From contig OZ244188.1 of the NCBI GenBank assembly GCA_965216635.1, positions 192,001 to 256,000 of the forward strand: a stretch of 64,000 nt of DNA, written 5' to 3'. The stretch comes from a bacterium (GTDB lineage Bacteria > SAR324 > XYD2-FULL-50-16 > G965216635). Numbering within the stretch: position 1 is the stretch's first letter; the number at the start of each line of letters is the position of its first letter. Under the pieces are notes generated by a model. The model had not been told where the DNA came from. It was given only the letters and a program-made list of their open reading frames with translations, and made no database searches. Below, piece after piece: positions 30,500 to 39,837 of the stretch. Position numbers and translations under genes: made by a program.

Positions 30500-31822
30500 T
30501 TATTTTCCATAGATATAATTTGGAAACCATAAACTAATATTAGGAAATAGCATAATTAGCAGCAATGCAAATATCATAATGAGAATAAAGGGCCAAATAG
30601 AGCTATAAATATCTTTTATTGTAATTTCAGGAGGAGCCATAGCCCGCATTAGAAAAAGATTGTATCCAAATGGAGGAGTAATATAGGCAATTTGAGATGT
30701 AATAGTGTATAAGACACCATACCAAATAAGATTAAAGCCCAAATGATCTACAAGTGGAACATAGAGAGGAGCAACTATTACAAGCATTGCAGTATCATCA
30801 AGGAATGTACCCATAACAAGAAAGGATATTTGCATTAAAATTAACACGGTCCAAGGGCTAAATCCGAGTTGATCTGTAAATAGATTTTCTATCACCTTAA
30901 CTGCTCCCAGTCCGTCAAATACTGCCCCGAATCCCAACGCAGCAAGAATAATCCACATGAACATACAAGATATGGCTAGAGTTTGTTTGACTGATACTTC
31001 CAGAACATGTTTATTCATCCTACCTTTGAGCACAGATGCCAACAATGCAGCCATAGCTCCGATTGCCGAACTTTCCACAAGACTTGTCCACCCTTTGACA
31101 AATGGAATCATCATTGCAGCAAAAATAAATAAAGGAAGCAAACCTGATCTTAGAAGAGCTAATTTTTCGCGAAGTGAAACTTTCCTATCATCTGATTTTA
31201 ATGCAGGACCGAGTTCAGGTTGAAATTTACAGCGGACAATAATGTATATAATAAAGAGGGTCGCCATCAGCAATCCTGGAATAATTCCTGCTAGCCAAAG
31301 TCTTCCTACCGGTTGCCTTGCTATCAAGGCATATAGGACTAAGACTACAGAAGGTGGGATCAAAATTCCCAATGATGAACCAGCTTGAATTACCCCTGTA
31401 ACCATTTTTTTGTCATAATTTCGTTTTAAGAGTTCGGGTAGAGCAATTGTTGCCCCAATAGCCATACCTGCTACTGAAAGTCCATTCATAGCAGAAATAA
31501 GAACCATTAAAATAATAGTGCCAATAGCCAAACCACCTCTAATTGGCCCCATCCATACATGGAACATACGGTATAAATCATCAGCCAGTTTTGATTCTGA
31601 TAAAATATATCCCATAAAAATAAACATAGGTAGAGTTAGTAAAGGATACCATTTCATCAATTTCATAGCAGCACCAAAAGGAATAGCCGAACCTCCAGTT
31701 CCCCATAATGAAAGAGCAGCAATAGATGCAACAGCCCCGATAGCTCCAAAAACCCGTTGTCCTGTCAACAGCATTAGCATCATTGACGAGAACATAAAAA
31801 CGGCAATAAATTCGTATGGCAT
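30500..31822 (-). CDS. TRAP transporter large permease (DctM)
   Basis: Polytopic; GSSLGILIPPS, YITPPFG. Confidence 0.92.
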   Translation of the reverse strand: MPYEFIAVFMFSSMMLMLLTGQRVFGAIGAVASIAALSLWGTGGSAIPFGAAMKLMKWYPLLTLPMFIFMGYILSESKLADDLYRMFHVWMGPIRGGLAIGTIILMVLISAMNGLSVAGMAIGATIALPELLKRNYDKKMVTGVIQAGSSLGILIPPSVVLVLYALIARQPVGRLWLAGIIPGLLMATLFIIYIIVRCKFQPELGPALKSDDRKVSLREKLALLRSGLLPLFIFAAMMIPFVKGWTSLVESSAIGAMAALLASVLKGRMNKHVLEVSVKQTLAISCMFMWIILAALGFGAVFDGLGAVKVIENLFTDQLGFSPWTVLILMQISFLVMGTFLDDTAMLVIVAPLYVPLVDHLGFNLIWYGVLYTITSQIAYITPPFGYNLFLMRAMAPPEITIKDIYSSIWPFILIMIFALLLIMLFPNISLWFPNYIYGK

Positions 31823-32328
31823 TAGATTTTTTCTCCTTTAATACGTAATATATCCTTCAAAAATTCAGAAAAAATTTGTAACAACATCAGTACAAACCCC
31901 AAGCTTGTAATAAATTTTATTGGCCATAGGTAAGGTCTCCAAGCCGTTGGACTTCTTTCGCTGTATTGTAGAGAATAAGCGAGGCTTTCTATAGATCCAT
32001 AAAAAAGAACTCCTAGATAAAATACGAGTAGTAATGAAGTGAAAATATCAAATTTTGCTTTTCGCCTTACACTCCAATTCCCATAAAACAAATCCATACG
32101 GACATTAGAGCCGAGTTGAATAGAATAAGGTCCTCCTAAAATATAATACGCGACCAGTGCAAACTGTGCCATTTCTAGTGTCCAAAGAGATGGAACTAGA
32201 AAAGTTTTTGAGATAGACGACCACGCAAGTATTACTACTAGCAAGAAAATCCCATACATAACTACTCGTCCGATGCGATAATTGACGATGTCTATCAGAT
32301 AAATAATTTTGTTTAATATTTTCATCAT
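31822..32328 (-). CDS. TRAP transporter small permease (DctQ)
   Basis: 4 TM, WTLE, VRMDLFY; abuts dctM. Confidence 0.9.
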   Translation of the reverse strand: MMKILNKIIYLIDIVNYRIGRVVMYGIFLLVVILAWSSISKTFLVPSLWTLEMAQFALVAYYILGGPYSIQLGSNVRMDLFYGNWSVRRKAKFDIFTSLLLVFYLGVLFYGSIESLAYSLQYSERSPTAWRPYLWPIKFITSLGFVLMLLQIFSEFLKDILRIKGEKI

Positions 32329-32367
32329 AAATTCAAATATAAGTTCACAAGCTAAATATAAAAAAAA

Positions 32368-33141
32368 TTATTCTGGAGTTACATACGCCGAAGTAATCCC
32401 TCCATCCACTATAAACTCTGTTCCTGTAGTATAAGAAGATTCATCAGAGGCTAAGAATAAAGCTGATTTTGCCATTTCTTTTGCTTCTCCAAAACGTCCC
32501 ATCGGAATATGAACCAGTCGCCTCTGTTTTTTAGCATCTGTATCCAAGAACTTCATTAATAATTCAGTCTGTAAGGGACCTGGACAAAGAGCATTAATAC
32601 GAATGTTTTCTCTAGCGTGTAGCACTGCCAGTTCACGAGTTAAAGCAATCACCCCGCCCTTGCTAGCAGTGTAGGCAACCTGTGGGGTTGCAGCTCCCAT
32701 GAGACCAACGAAAGATGCGGTATTAATAATAGAGCCCCCTCCAGCACGTCGCATAGCACTAATTCCATATTTGCAACCAAGAAAAACTCCTTTTAAATTA
32801 ATTGCCATTGTTAAATCCCAAACTTCTTCCTCCGTTACTTGAGCGTTGTCGTCTCTACTATCCATAATCCCTGCATTATTAAACATTACATTAAGTTTTC
32901 CGAATTGGGTTTCGGCAGTTTTTACCATATTTTCACAGTTTGTAGCTTTAGAAATATCAGCGTGAACATAAATAGCATCTCCTCCAGCAGATTGAATTTT
33001 AGCAATCGTTTTTTCACCTTCTGCGTCATTCACATCTACAGCTACAATTTTTGCTCCCTCTTGTGCAAACAAAAGCGCAGCTTCTCTACCAATTCCACTA
33101 GATGCGCCCGTAATAAGAGCAACTTTATTTTGTAATCTCAT
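32368..33141 (-). CDS. Short-chain dehydrogenase/reductase
   Basis: TGASSGIG, NNAG, YTASKGG. Confidence 0.92.
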   Translation of the reverse strand: MRLQNKVALITGASSGIGREAALLFAQEGAKIVAVDVNDAEGEKTIAKIQSAGGDAIYVHADISKATNCENMVKTAETQFGKLNVMFNNAGIMDSRDDNAQVTEEEVWDLTMAINLKGVFLGCKYGISAMRRAGGGSIINTASFVGLMGAATPQVAYTASKGGVIALTRELAVLHARENIRINALCPGPLQTELLMKFLDTDAKKQRRLVHIPMGRFGEAKEMAKSALFLASDESSYTTGTEFIVDGGITSAYVTPE

Positions 33142-33246
33142 AAGTTTTATTTTTGTTATTGATTAAATTTTTTTAAGTCTATTATTTAGATAGTCCCATT
33201 ATTTTAGAACTGTAAATTTTATGGATTTTTTTAAGGTTAGAGAATT

Positions 33247-34626
33247 TCATAATTGGTTTTCTGTTTTCAAATCATCCTGAACTTTTACAATACTATCCCT
33301 AAGTGTAGCAATTAAAAAATCAGCTTCTTCTTTGCTTAAACAAAGAGGAGGAGACATTACATTTTTATCTCCAATCGGGCGAATAATGAGTCCAGCGTTT
33401 TGGGCGTATTTAGAGACTCTTTCCCCTACCTTCAAATTCGCATCAAAAGAAGTTTTGCTGCTTTTGTCTTTTACAAATTCTACACACATCATAAAATGGC
33501 TACCTCTAACATCCCCCACTATTTCTAAGTCGTCAAGTTCTCCGAGTTTTTTTTCAAAATAACCTCCTACTTTTTGCACATGCCCACAAAAATCCTCGTT
33601 TTCTAAAATCTCAATATTTTTCAAACCCACAGCACAGCTTACAGGATGTCCCGAATAGGTGAAGCCGTGTGCAAATTCTTTGCCTCCTCTAGGTTGGCTG
33701 ATAGTATCAAAAATTTCATCCGAAATCAGAGTTGCTCCCAAAGGAATATAACCAGAAGTTAAACCTTTAGCACAGGTTATTATATCAGGTTGAATATCAA
33801 ACATTTTCTCTGAAGAAAAAAAATGCCCTAGCCTACCGAAAGCGGTGACTACTTCATCAGAAATATAGAAACAATCGTGTTTTTTACAAATTTCCAAAGC
33901 TCGTTTGTGATAACCTTTAGGCGCCATTAAAACCCCACCTGCTCCCATAATAGGTTCAGCTATAAAGGCGGCTACTTTGTCTGCTCCTATGCTTAAAATT
34001 TTGGCTTCCAATTCTTGCATTAGCTGGTCACAAAAATCGTTATCGGAAAGGCTACTTGGTTTTCTATAAAGATTCGGGCTAGAAATATGATGAATCCATT
34101 CTTTTTCTACGGTAAAATCTATATGGTCGTAATTTAGTCCTGTCAAAGACATCGCAAGATAGGTACTGCCGTGATAAGCACCCTCTCTCGCAATAATATG
34201 CTTTTTTTGGGGTTGTTTTTTTAGATGAAAATAATGGTGAATAGTGCGCACAGCAGTATCGTTCGCCCCCGAACCGCTTAAAGAATAAAAAACACGGTTT
34301 AAATTTTGTGGAGCTAGTTCTGCTAATTTGGCTGCTAAAAATGCTGCTGGTTCTGTGGTATGAGCTCCAAAGGTAGAAAAATAAGCCATTTTGTCCATTT
34401 GTTTAGCGGCTACTTCCCCTAATTCTTTTCTGCCGTAGCCGATATTGATACACCACAAACCACCTATACCGTCCAAATATTTTTTACCATCAGAGTCAAA
34501 AACAAAAGAGCCTTTGGCTTCTTTAATTATGATAGAGCCTTCCTTCTTAAAAGATTCAAATTCAGTCCAAGGATGAATAAAATGATCTTTATCCGCTTGC
34601 CAAATTTTTTGATTGTTTGTTTGCAT
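33247..34626 (-). CDS. Class III omega-amine aminotransferase (SpuC-like)
   Basis: GGLWC, AYHGST, EPIMGAGG, DEVVTAFGR, AKGLTSGY, HGFTYSGHP. Confidence 0.9.
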   Translation of the reverse strand: MQTNNQKIWQADKDHFIHPWTEFESFKKEGSIIIKEAKGSFVFDSDGKKYLDGIGGLWCINIGYGRKELGEVAAKQMDKMAYFSTFGAHTTEPAAFLAAKLAELAPQNLNRVFYSLSGSGANDTAVRTIHHYFHLKKQPQKKHIIAREGAYHGSTYLAMSLTGLNYDHIDFTVEKEWIHHISSPNLYRKPSSLSDNDFCDQLMQELEAKILSIGADKVAAFIAEPIMGAGGVLMAPKGYHKRALEICKKHDCFYISDEVVTAFGRLGHFFSSEKMFDIQPDIITCAKGLTSGYIPLGATLISDEIFDTISQPRGGKEFAHGFTYSGHPVSCAVGLKNIEILENEDFCGHVQKVGGYFEKKLGELDDLEIVGDVRGSHFMMCVEFVKDKSSKTSFDANLKVGERVSKYAQNAGLIIRPIGDKNVMSPPLCLSKEEADFLIATLRDSIVKVQDDLKTENQL

Positions 34627-34674
34627 TTTAGTTTTTTGATAAAAATAAGAATGAACTTTCTATTTTGTAAGATA

Positions 34675-34758
34675 AGAAAAATAAACTAGAAAAAGCAAAT
34701 TCTTTCTTTTAGACTAGAAAAATAAACTAGAAAAAGCAAATTCTTTCTTTTAGACTAG
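34675..34758. repeat. Perfect 41-bp tandem duplication in the divergent promoter region
   Basis: agaaaaataaactagaaaaagcaaattctttcttttagact at 34675 and 34716. Confidence 0.9.
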
Positions 34759-34775
34759 TAAAGCTACAATAAAAC

Positions 34776-35876
34776 ATGATCACAAAACCCCCACTACTAA
34801 AATTCTTAAAAGAAATACAACACCATTTAGGCAATATGTTCGGTTATCCTGCCGCTCAAGATTTTAACTACGAAGAATTGCTTCCGTTTTTTCGCCACCC
34901 AATCAATAACATTGGTGATCCTTTTATTAAAGGCACCGCCAAAGATAATTGTCACCATTTAGAAAGAGAGGTATTAGGATTTTGGGCAAAATTGCTAAGA
35001 GCCCCCAAAAATAATTGGTGGGGTTACGTGACTAATGGAGGAACTGAAGGCAATCTGTATGGTCTTTGGTTGGCGAGAGAATGCTATCCTAAGGGAATTG
35101 TTTATTACTCCGAAGATACGCACTATAGCATTGATAAAAATTTGCATTTTTTGAAGATGCAGCAGTGCCGCATTCCTTCCCAAAAAAATGGAGAGATAGA
35201 CTATAAAAAATTGCAAAAAACTTTAGCTAAAAATAGAAAAAAGCCCGCAATTATTTTTGCAAACATTGGAACTACAATGACAGAAGCAAAAGATGATATA
35301 GGAAAAATTCAGGAGATACTAAAAGATTTGATTATTTCTGATTACTATATTCACTGTGATTCAGCAATGAGCGGAGCCATTTCCCCTTTTTTAAAACCCA
35401 AACCGAATTTTGATTTTGCAGACGGGGCAGATAGTATTGTAATTAGCGGACACAAATTTATTGGCTCGCCTATCCCCTGTGGAATAGCCATAGTTCTCAA
35501 AAAACATAAAAATCGCATCGCAGAATCCATTCCTTATATTGGCACAGTAGATACTACCATCAGCGGTTCTCGTAGCGGGCTAACTTCTCTTATTCTTTGG
35601 TATGCAATGAAGACACAATCCAAAAAAGGAATGGCTGCAAGAGTGCAGAAATCTTTGGATTTAGCGGGTTATGCAAAAACAAAATTAGTAGAAATGGGAG
35701 TGCAAGCGTGGAGAAATGAAAATGCTATCACTGTGGTATTTCCTGCAGCCAAAAAAGAGCTAAAAGAAAAATGGCAACTCGCCACAGCCAATAAAATCTC
35801 ACATATTATCGTTATGCCTCACCTCACGAAAAAAGATATAGACAATTTTCTCGCAGATTATAAAAAAATTTTTTAG
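34776..35876 (+). CDS. PLP-dependent group II decarboxylase, histidine/serine decarboxylase family
   Basis: GYP, NNIGDPF, WGYVTNGGTEGN, THYS, SGHKFIGSPIPCG, SGSRSG. Confidence 0.88.
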   Translation: MITKPPLLKFLKEIQHHLGNMFGYPAAQDFNYEELLPFFRHPINNIGDPFIKGTAKDNCHHLEREVLGFWAKLLRAPKNNWWGYVTNGGTEGNLYGLWLARECYPKGIVYYSEDTHYSIDKNLHFLKMQQCRIPSQKNGEIDYKKLQKTLAKNRKKPAIIFANIGTTMTEAKDDIGKIQEILKDLIISDYYIHCDSAMSGAISPFLKPKPNFDFADGADSIVISGHKFIGSPIPCGIAIVLKKHKNRIAESIPYIGTVDTTISGSRSGLTSLILWYAMKTQSKKGMAARVQKSLDLAGYAKTKLVEMGVQAWRNENAITVVFPAAKKELKEKWQLATANKISHIIVMPHLTKKDIDNFLADYKKIF

Positions 35877-35972
35877 CTCGTAGGAATACTGAAGAGCATT
35901 TCTTCACAAATGGCAAGAGACAAATTTTTTTTGCCTTGCCTAGCCGTCACATAACGCAAATTCAAAGGTCTA
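35862..35972. mobile_element. MITE-like repeat fragment overlapping the decarboxylase 3' end
   Basis: tttttagctcgtaggaatactgaag module plus gccgtcacataacgcaaattcaaaggtcta end. Confidence 0.65.
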
Positions 35973-36235
35973 ATTTACTATGAAATGGAAAAAGAAGAGA
36001 AAAAGAAACAAATTAAAGCCAAAAATAAGCATAAATCAGTTATAAATTTAGTAAATTATTGAAAAATTTCTGTGATTTTTGGAAAAAATTTTAAAAAATA
36101 GAATTTTTAATAATAAACTTTTTTTAAGAGACTAATTCAACAGTTTCTTTAAGAATTGAAAAAAATAAAATGACATTAATCTCCTTATTTTAATAAGCCT
36201 AAGATACCTATCTTGTTAAAACAGTCAGAAAATGG

Positions 36236-36264
36236 TTGACAAGAGATTATTTTACTATTAAACT
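36236..36264 (+). promoter_or_regulatory. Putative sigma70 promoter giving a ~360-nt leader
   Basis: TTGACA-17 bp-TAAACT. Confidence 0.5.
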
Positions 36265-36628
36265 CAACATTATTTTTAGTGATTTAAAACAAAATATTTA
36301 AAGCTGACCTGAAACCGAGTGTTTTTCAATTATGAGAGCACTGATTTTTTATCAAGCAATATAGTGCCTGTTCTAGTTGATGATAGATTTGATTCCACAT
36401 CAAGTTCGTTTAGACATCAGGTCGTTTAAGCATTAGGGACAACTTACTGCAGAAAATATCGACATAGTTATGAATATAATCACTAATAAGTTTTATAATG
36501 ATAATGTTTTATTGTGGTCACAGTTTTTGATAGTTTTATGCAAAACACTGAGACCTTATTTTTTAACCAGTTACCTGTTTTGATAAGGATATACCTTATT
36601 ATCTAGGCTACTATTTTATGGATATATT

Positions 36629-38077
36629 ATGAAAAAAATTGTATCGTTTCTAACCCTTATTTTAGGGATTTTTCTTTTTGCATCGTCTAATCTTTTAGCT
36701 CAAGGTAGCGATGAAGATTTTGAATATTGTTTTGTATTTGAACGACTCAAAGCAAAAAATGAAGGCGCTAATACTATAGAATCTATAAATCAAGCGAAAG
36801 AAGTTTGTAATTTAAAACTTGGTAATAGTCAAGGAGATAATAACGCTACTGGAAGTTCTACAGAAGAGAATTTAGAAAATTCAGGTTCTAGGAAAGCTCC
36901 AATTTTTACTATAGATATTTTTACTGGTAAAAAAAAAGTAAAAGGAGAGAAGTCCGAAAAACTTGTCACAACTGGGGTTTTATTGAATTATTATATTACA
37001 CCTAAATTTAGTTTGGCCGCAGGCTATCTATTGTCTAAAGGGGATGTAAATGGAACTGTTGTGGATTATGAAACTGAGAGCTATACGGACTATTCTGACT
37101 ATTCTTATGTAGATGAAACTTACGACGCAACAGTAGCTCGCTATACAGATGAAACCCGTGATATACGAATAAAACAATATAAAGATGAAACCCGTGATAT
37201 ACAAGTAAAACAATATAAAGATGAAACCTATGATGATCGAATAGCCCGATATACAATCACAACCTCTGGTAATGAACTTAGACCAAATGAACTAACAAAA
37301 CCCGGTGATAAATATTTCTGTTCTTTTGGTGATTTTTCTGGATCTCCCGATATTTGTTATGCTTGGAATTATGCTAGAAGGGTCTATGGAACTTTTTTCT
37401 GTGGTAGTTCGTTTGCTGACAGACTTGCTTCCAATTACTATCAGTGTATAAAAATAGTTCGTAAACCTGATGTTTTTAAGTCTTCTTGTAAAATACATGG
37501 AGGTAATGGGTGTATTCAGTGGCAATATCAAACTACTTATGGAGTATTCTCTTACTATGAAACAAAGACTCTCACTGAGCGAGTATTCTCTCACTTTGAA
37601 ACAAAGACTTTCACTGAGCGAGTATTCTCTCACTATGAAACGGAAACTCTCATTAGCCAAGTCTTCTCTCACTATGAAACAGAGACTCTCACTCGCCAAG
37701 TAGCTAGTTATGTCACAAAGACACGCCAAGTACCTCGTCGTAGTCGCACAGAAAATCTATCCATTAAAAATATTGAGTCTTCTTTGGGGGCGAAATGGCA
37801 TTTATTGGGTAATGGTTTGGTGGATTTTTTTCTAGGAGCTGGTATAGTCAATATTTCGCATAGTAGAGAATATCTAAATACTGTAGAAAGCGGAAGTGGT
37901 TCTGGTACTTATTTTGAAACTGGTATAAAGTATATTTTTAATTCTGGTTTTAATATAGGCTACTATTGGCGAAGATCTTCGGCTACTTTTGAATTAACTA
38001 ATAATGCAAATCAGCAAACTACAGAAACAGATGGAGGAGGAATTACAAGCGGGTTGACATTTGGGTTTGCCTTTTAG
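36629..38077 (+). CDS. Outer-membrane beta-barrel protein with repeat stalk and Cys-rich insert
   Basis: Signal peptide; barrel-like strands before and after the insert; C-terminal GLTFGFAF. Confidence 0.75.
   Translation: MKKIVSFLTLILGIFLFASSNLLAQGSDEDFEYCFVFERLKAKNEGANTIESINQAKEVCNLKLGNSQGDNNATGSSTEENLENSGSRKAPIFTIDIFTGKKKVKGEKSEKLVTTGVLLNYYITPKFSLAAGYLLSKGDVNGTVVDYETESYTDYSDYSYVDETYDATVARYTDETRDIRIKQYKDETRDIQVKQYKDETYDDRIARYTITTSGNELRPNELTKPGDKYFCSFGDFSGSPDICYAWNYARRVYGTFFCGSSFADRLASNYYQCIKIVRKPDVFKSSCKIHGGNGCIQWQYQTTYGVFSYYETKTLTERVFSHFETKTFTERVFSHYETETLISQVFSHYETETLTRQVASYVTKTRQVPRRSRTENLSIKNIESSLGAKWHLLGNGLVDFFLGAGIVNISHSREYLNTVESGSGSGTYFETGIKYIFNSGFNIGYYWRRSSATFELTNNANQQTTETDGGGITSGLTFGFAF
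37106..37249 (+). repeat. 4 x 36-bp coding repeat (YxDETxDxxxxx)
   Basis: YVDETYDATVAR YTDETRDIRIKQ YKDETRDIQVKQ YKDETYDDRIAR. Confidence 0.9.
37544..37699 (+). repeat. 4 x 39-bp coding repeat (VFSHYETxTLxxx)
   Basis: VFSYYETKTLTER VFSHFETKTFTER VFSHYETETLISQ VFSHYETETLTRQ. Confidence 0.9.
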
Positions 38078-38110
38078 TAATGAGACCAGTAGAAATGAGA
38101 CCAGTAAAAA

Positions 38111-38461
38111 TGAGACTGTTGAATTAGTGTGATGCTAGGCACAAGCAAAAAATTTTCTCAATTTGGCAATAGTTTGGAGAAAACACTAATTCAAAAGTCT
38201 TAAATAGACCTTTGAATTTCGCTGATGTGACGGCTAGCCAAATGGTTAGAACAGGTGCGAAAAATTTTTTTAGCTCGTAGGAATACTGAAGTATTTCAAG
38301 AGTTAAAAAAATTTTTCAATGGCGTAGTAAAAAACACTACGAACCTTAAAGCTAACACAATATAGACTGCAAAAGAGCCACTGGCTCTTTTGCTAAAGCC
38401 CGTATAGAGTGAAAGCAACAAGCTTGTTTTGGCTAAACAGAATGCAAATTCAAAAGTCTAT
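38111..38461. mobile_element. Two adjacent MITE-like copies (about 38111-38200 and 38204-38461)
   Basis: Two pairs of agac(c/t)tttgaatt-type inverted ends; the second carries the core modules in reverse. Confidence 0.75.
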
Positions 38462-38472
38462 TAAAATTATTT

Positions 38473-39267
38473 ATGAAAAAAACAATAATACTTCTTTTTG
38501 TTGGTTGTCTTTTGAGTTTGACTGATCTTTTGGCACAGGAGAATTTTGAAAATTGTTTTGCTCTAAAAAGGATAAGAGCTAAAGCTGGCGGAGCTAGCGC
38601 TTATGAAGCTGTAGAAATTGCAGAAACAATTTGTTATAGAAAATTCTACCCTGATAAAAAAAGAATGGTTGCTAGTAAAAAACATGCTTTAAAAGAAAAT
38701 TCTGATAAGGATACAATTCAAGAAACAAGCAAAAAAGAAAACAATAATAACTGGGTGGTTGCTACTCAACTCAGAGTCCATTGGGAACTGCAAGATGTTA
38801 AAACTCTAGTTTCTGATACTCGCTCAGCAAAAAAAATAATCACAAATGAAGAAACACCTATAGCTAAAATAACAGGCAACAGTGATAATCTAAATCTTAG
38901 ATTTGCTGGAAAAAATAGCGACCTTATTCTCAACTACTCCAAAGATGGCAAACAGAAAATCATCACTTCTACTTCTCGTGAAATAGGAAAATGGAGTTTA
39001 GGAGGCTCTCTAACAATAGATAAAGATTCTGCAAACTCAAACGCTAATATTAGTGATTTTGGAAAAATTCATCTAAAACACCGCAGCGGACTTCGTTTGA
39101 ATTTTAATAGAACCAATGTTTTGAAAGATGTTAATGGTAGTAGTTCTGTAAATAGTGGTGAAATCGGCTTTACCACTAAAAATAAAAAATACAACAGCAC
39201 TTTAGACGGAAGCCTTTTATTTAACGATGGATTCTCAACTAGAATTCAAATGTACCAAAGTTTTTAA
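38473..39267 (+). CDS. Exported beta-rich protein sharing a two-Cys N-terminal domain with 36629..38077
   Basis: AQENFENCFALKRIRAK...EIAETIC vs DFEYCFVFERLKAK...NQAKEVC; terminal Phe. Confidence 0.7.
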   Translation: MKKTIILLFVGCLLSLTDLLAQENFENCFALKRIRAKAGGASAYEAVEIAETICYRKFYPDKKRMVASKKHALKENSDKDTIQETSKKENNNNWVVATQLRVHWELQDVKTLVSDTRSAKKIITNEETPIAKITGNSDNLNLRFAGKNSDLILNYSKDGKQKIITSTSREIGKWSLGGSLTIDKDSANSNANISDFGKIHLKHRSGLRLNFNRTNVLKDVNGSSSVNSGEIGFTTKNKKYNSTLDGSLLFNDGFSTRIQMYQSF

Positions 39268-39402
39268 GTTTAAGAGAAATAGATACGACAAATTCTAATT
39301 CTATGAAAAAAAAGCTGTACTTAAAACTTGTATCTACGATTCTAATAAAATTTATAATTCTTAAAAGATTCCATTATTGTTTTATAAGGTTATAAGAATT
39401 GT

Positions 39403-39445
39403 ACCCAAAGGCTATAGGTTTTTATCTTTGCCTTTGGGTTTTTTT
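39403..39445 (+). terminator. Putative intrinsic terminator
   Basis: acccaaaggc...gcctttgggt followed by a T tract. Confidence 0.55.
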
Positions 39446-39538
39446 ATTTGCAGGTTTAAGTTCTAAGTGCAACTTTTTACACTAAAGCGTTTGCGGTAAC
39501 ATTTATTCTTTTTTAAAGACCACATATTCAACAGAATT

Positions 39539-39660
39539 ATGAAAAAAAAATTATTATTTAATTACCTTTTTTTGTATTTACCTTTTTTCTTCTGTTAATC
39601 TTTTAGCTCAAAAAAATAACTTTGGTGGTGTATTAAAGCTGAAAGAATAAAAGCAAAAAA
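39539..39660 (+). pseudogene. Frameshifted 5' remnant of a third member of the same exported family
   Basis: atgaaaaaa...aatcttttagctcaa (NLLAQ)...gaaagaataaaagcaaaa (ERIKAK), cut by a repeat half-element at about 39665-39709. Confidence 0.55.
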
Positions 39661-39837
39661 CTTTTCTAGCCTTGCCTGTCCGTCACAGATAAGCAAATTC
39701 AAAAGTCTATCCTATTGTTTAAAACACTTAATTAATTAAAAAACAAATAACACTCCGACTCTAATCAGTATTCCTTGCCGTTTTGTGATATTTGAGTTAT
39801 TTTTACTATAGAAAAACACCAACTCCAAAATTTTTTT

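Noticed and set aside
37106..37699. 36-bp and 39-bp repeats as a CRISPR array
   Set aside because: They are contiguous in-frame coding repeats without unique spacers, and no cas genes are present
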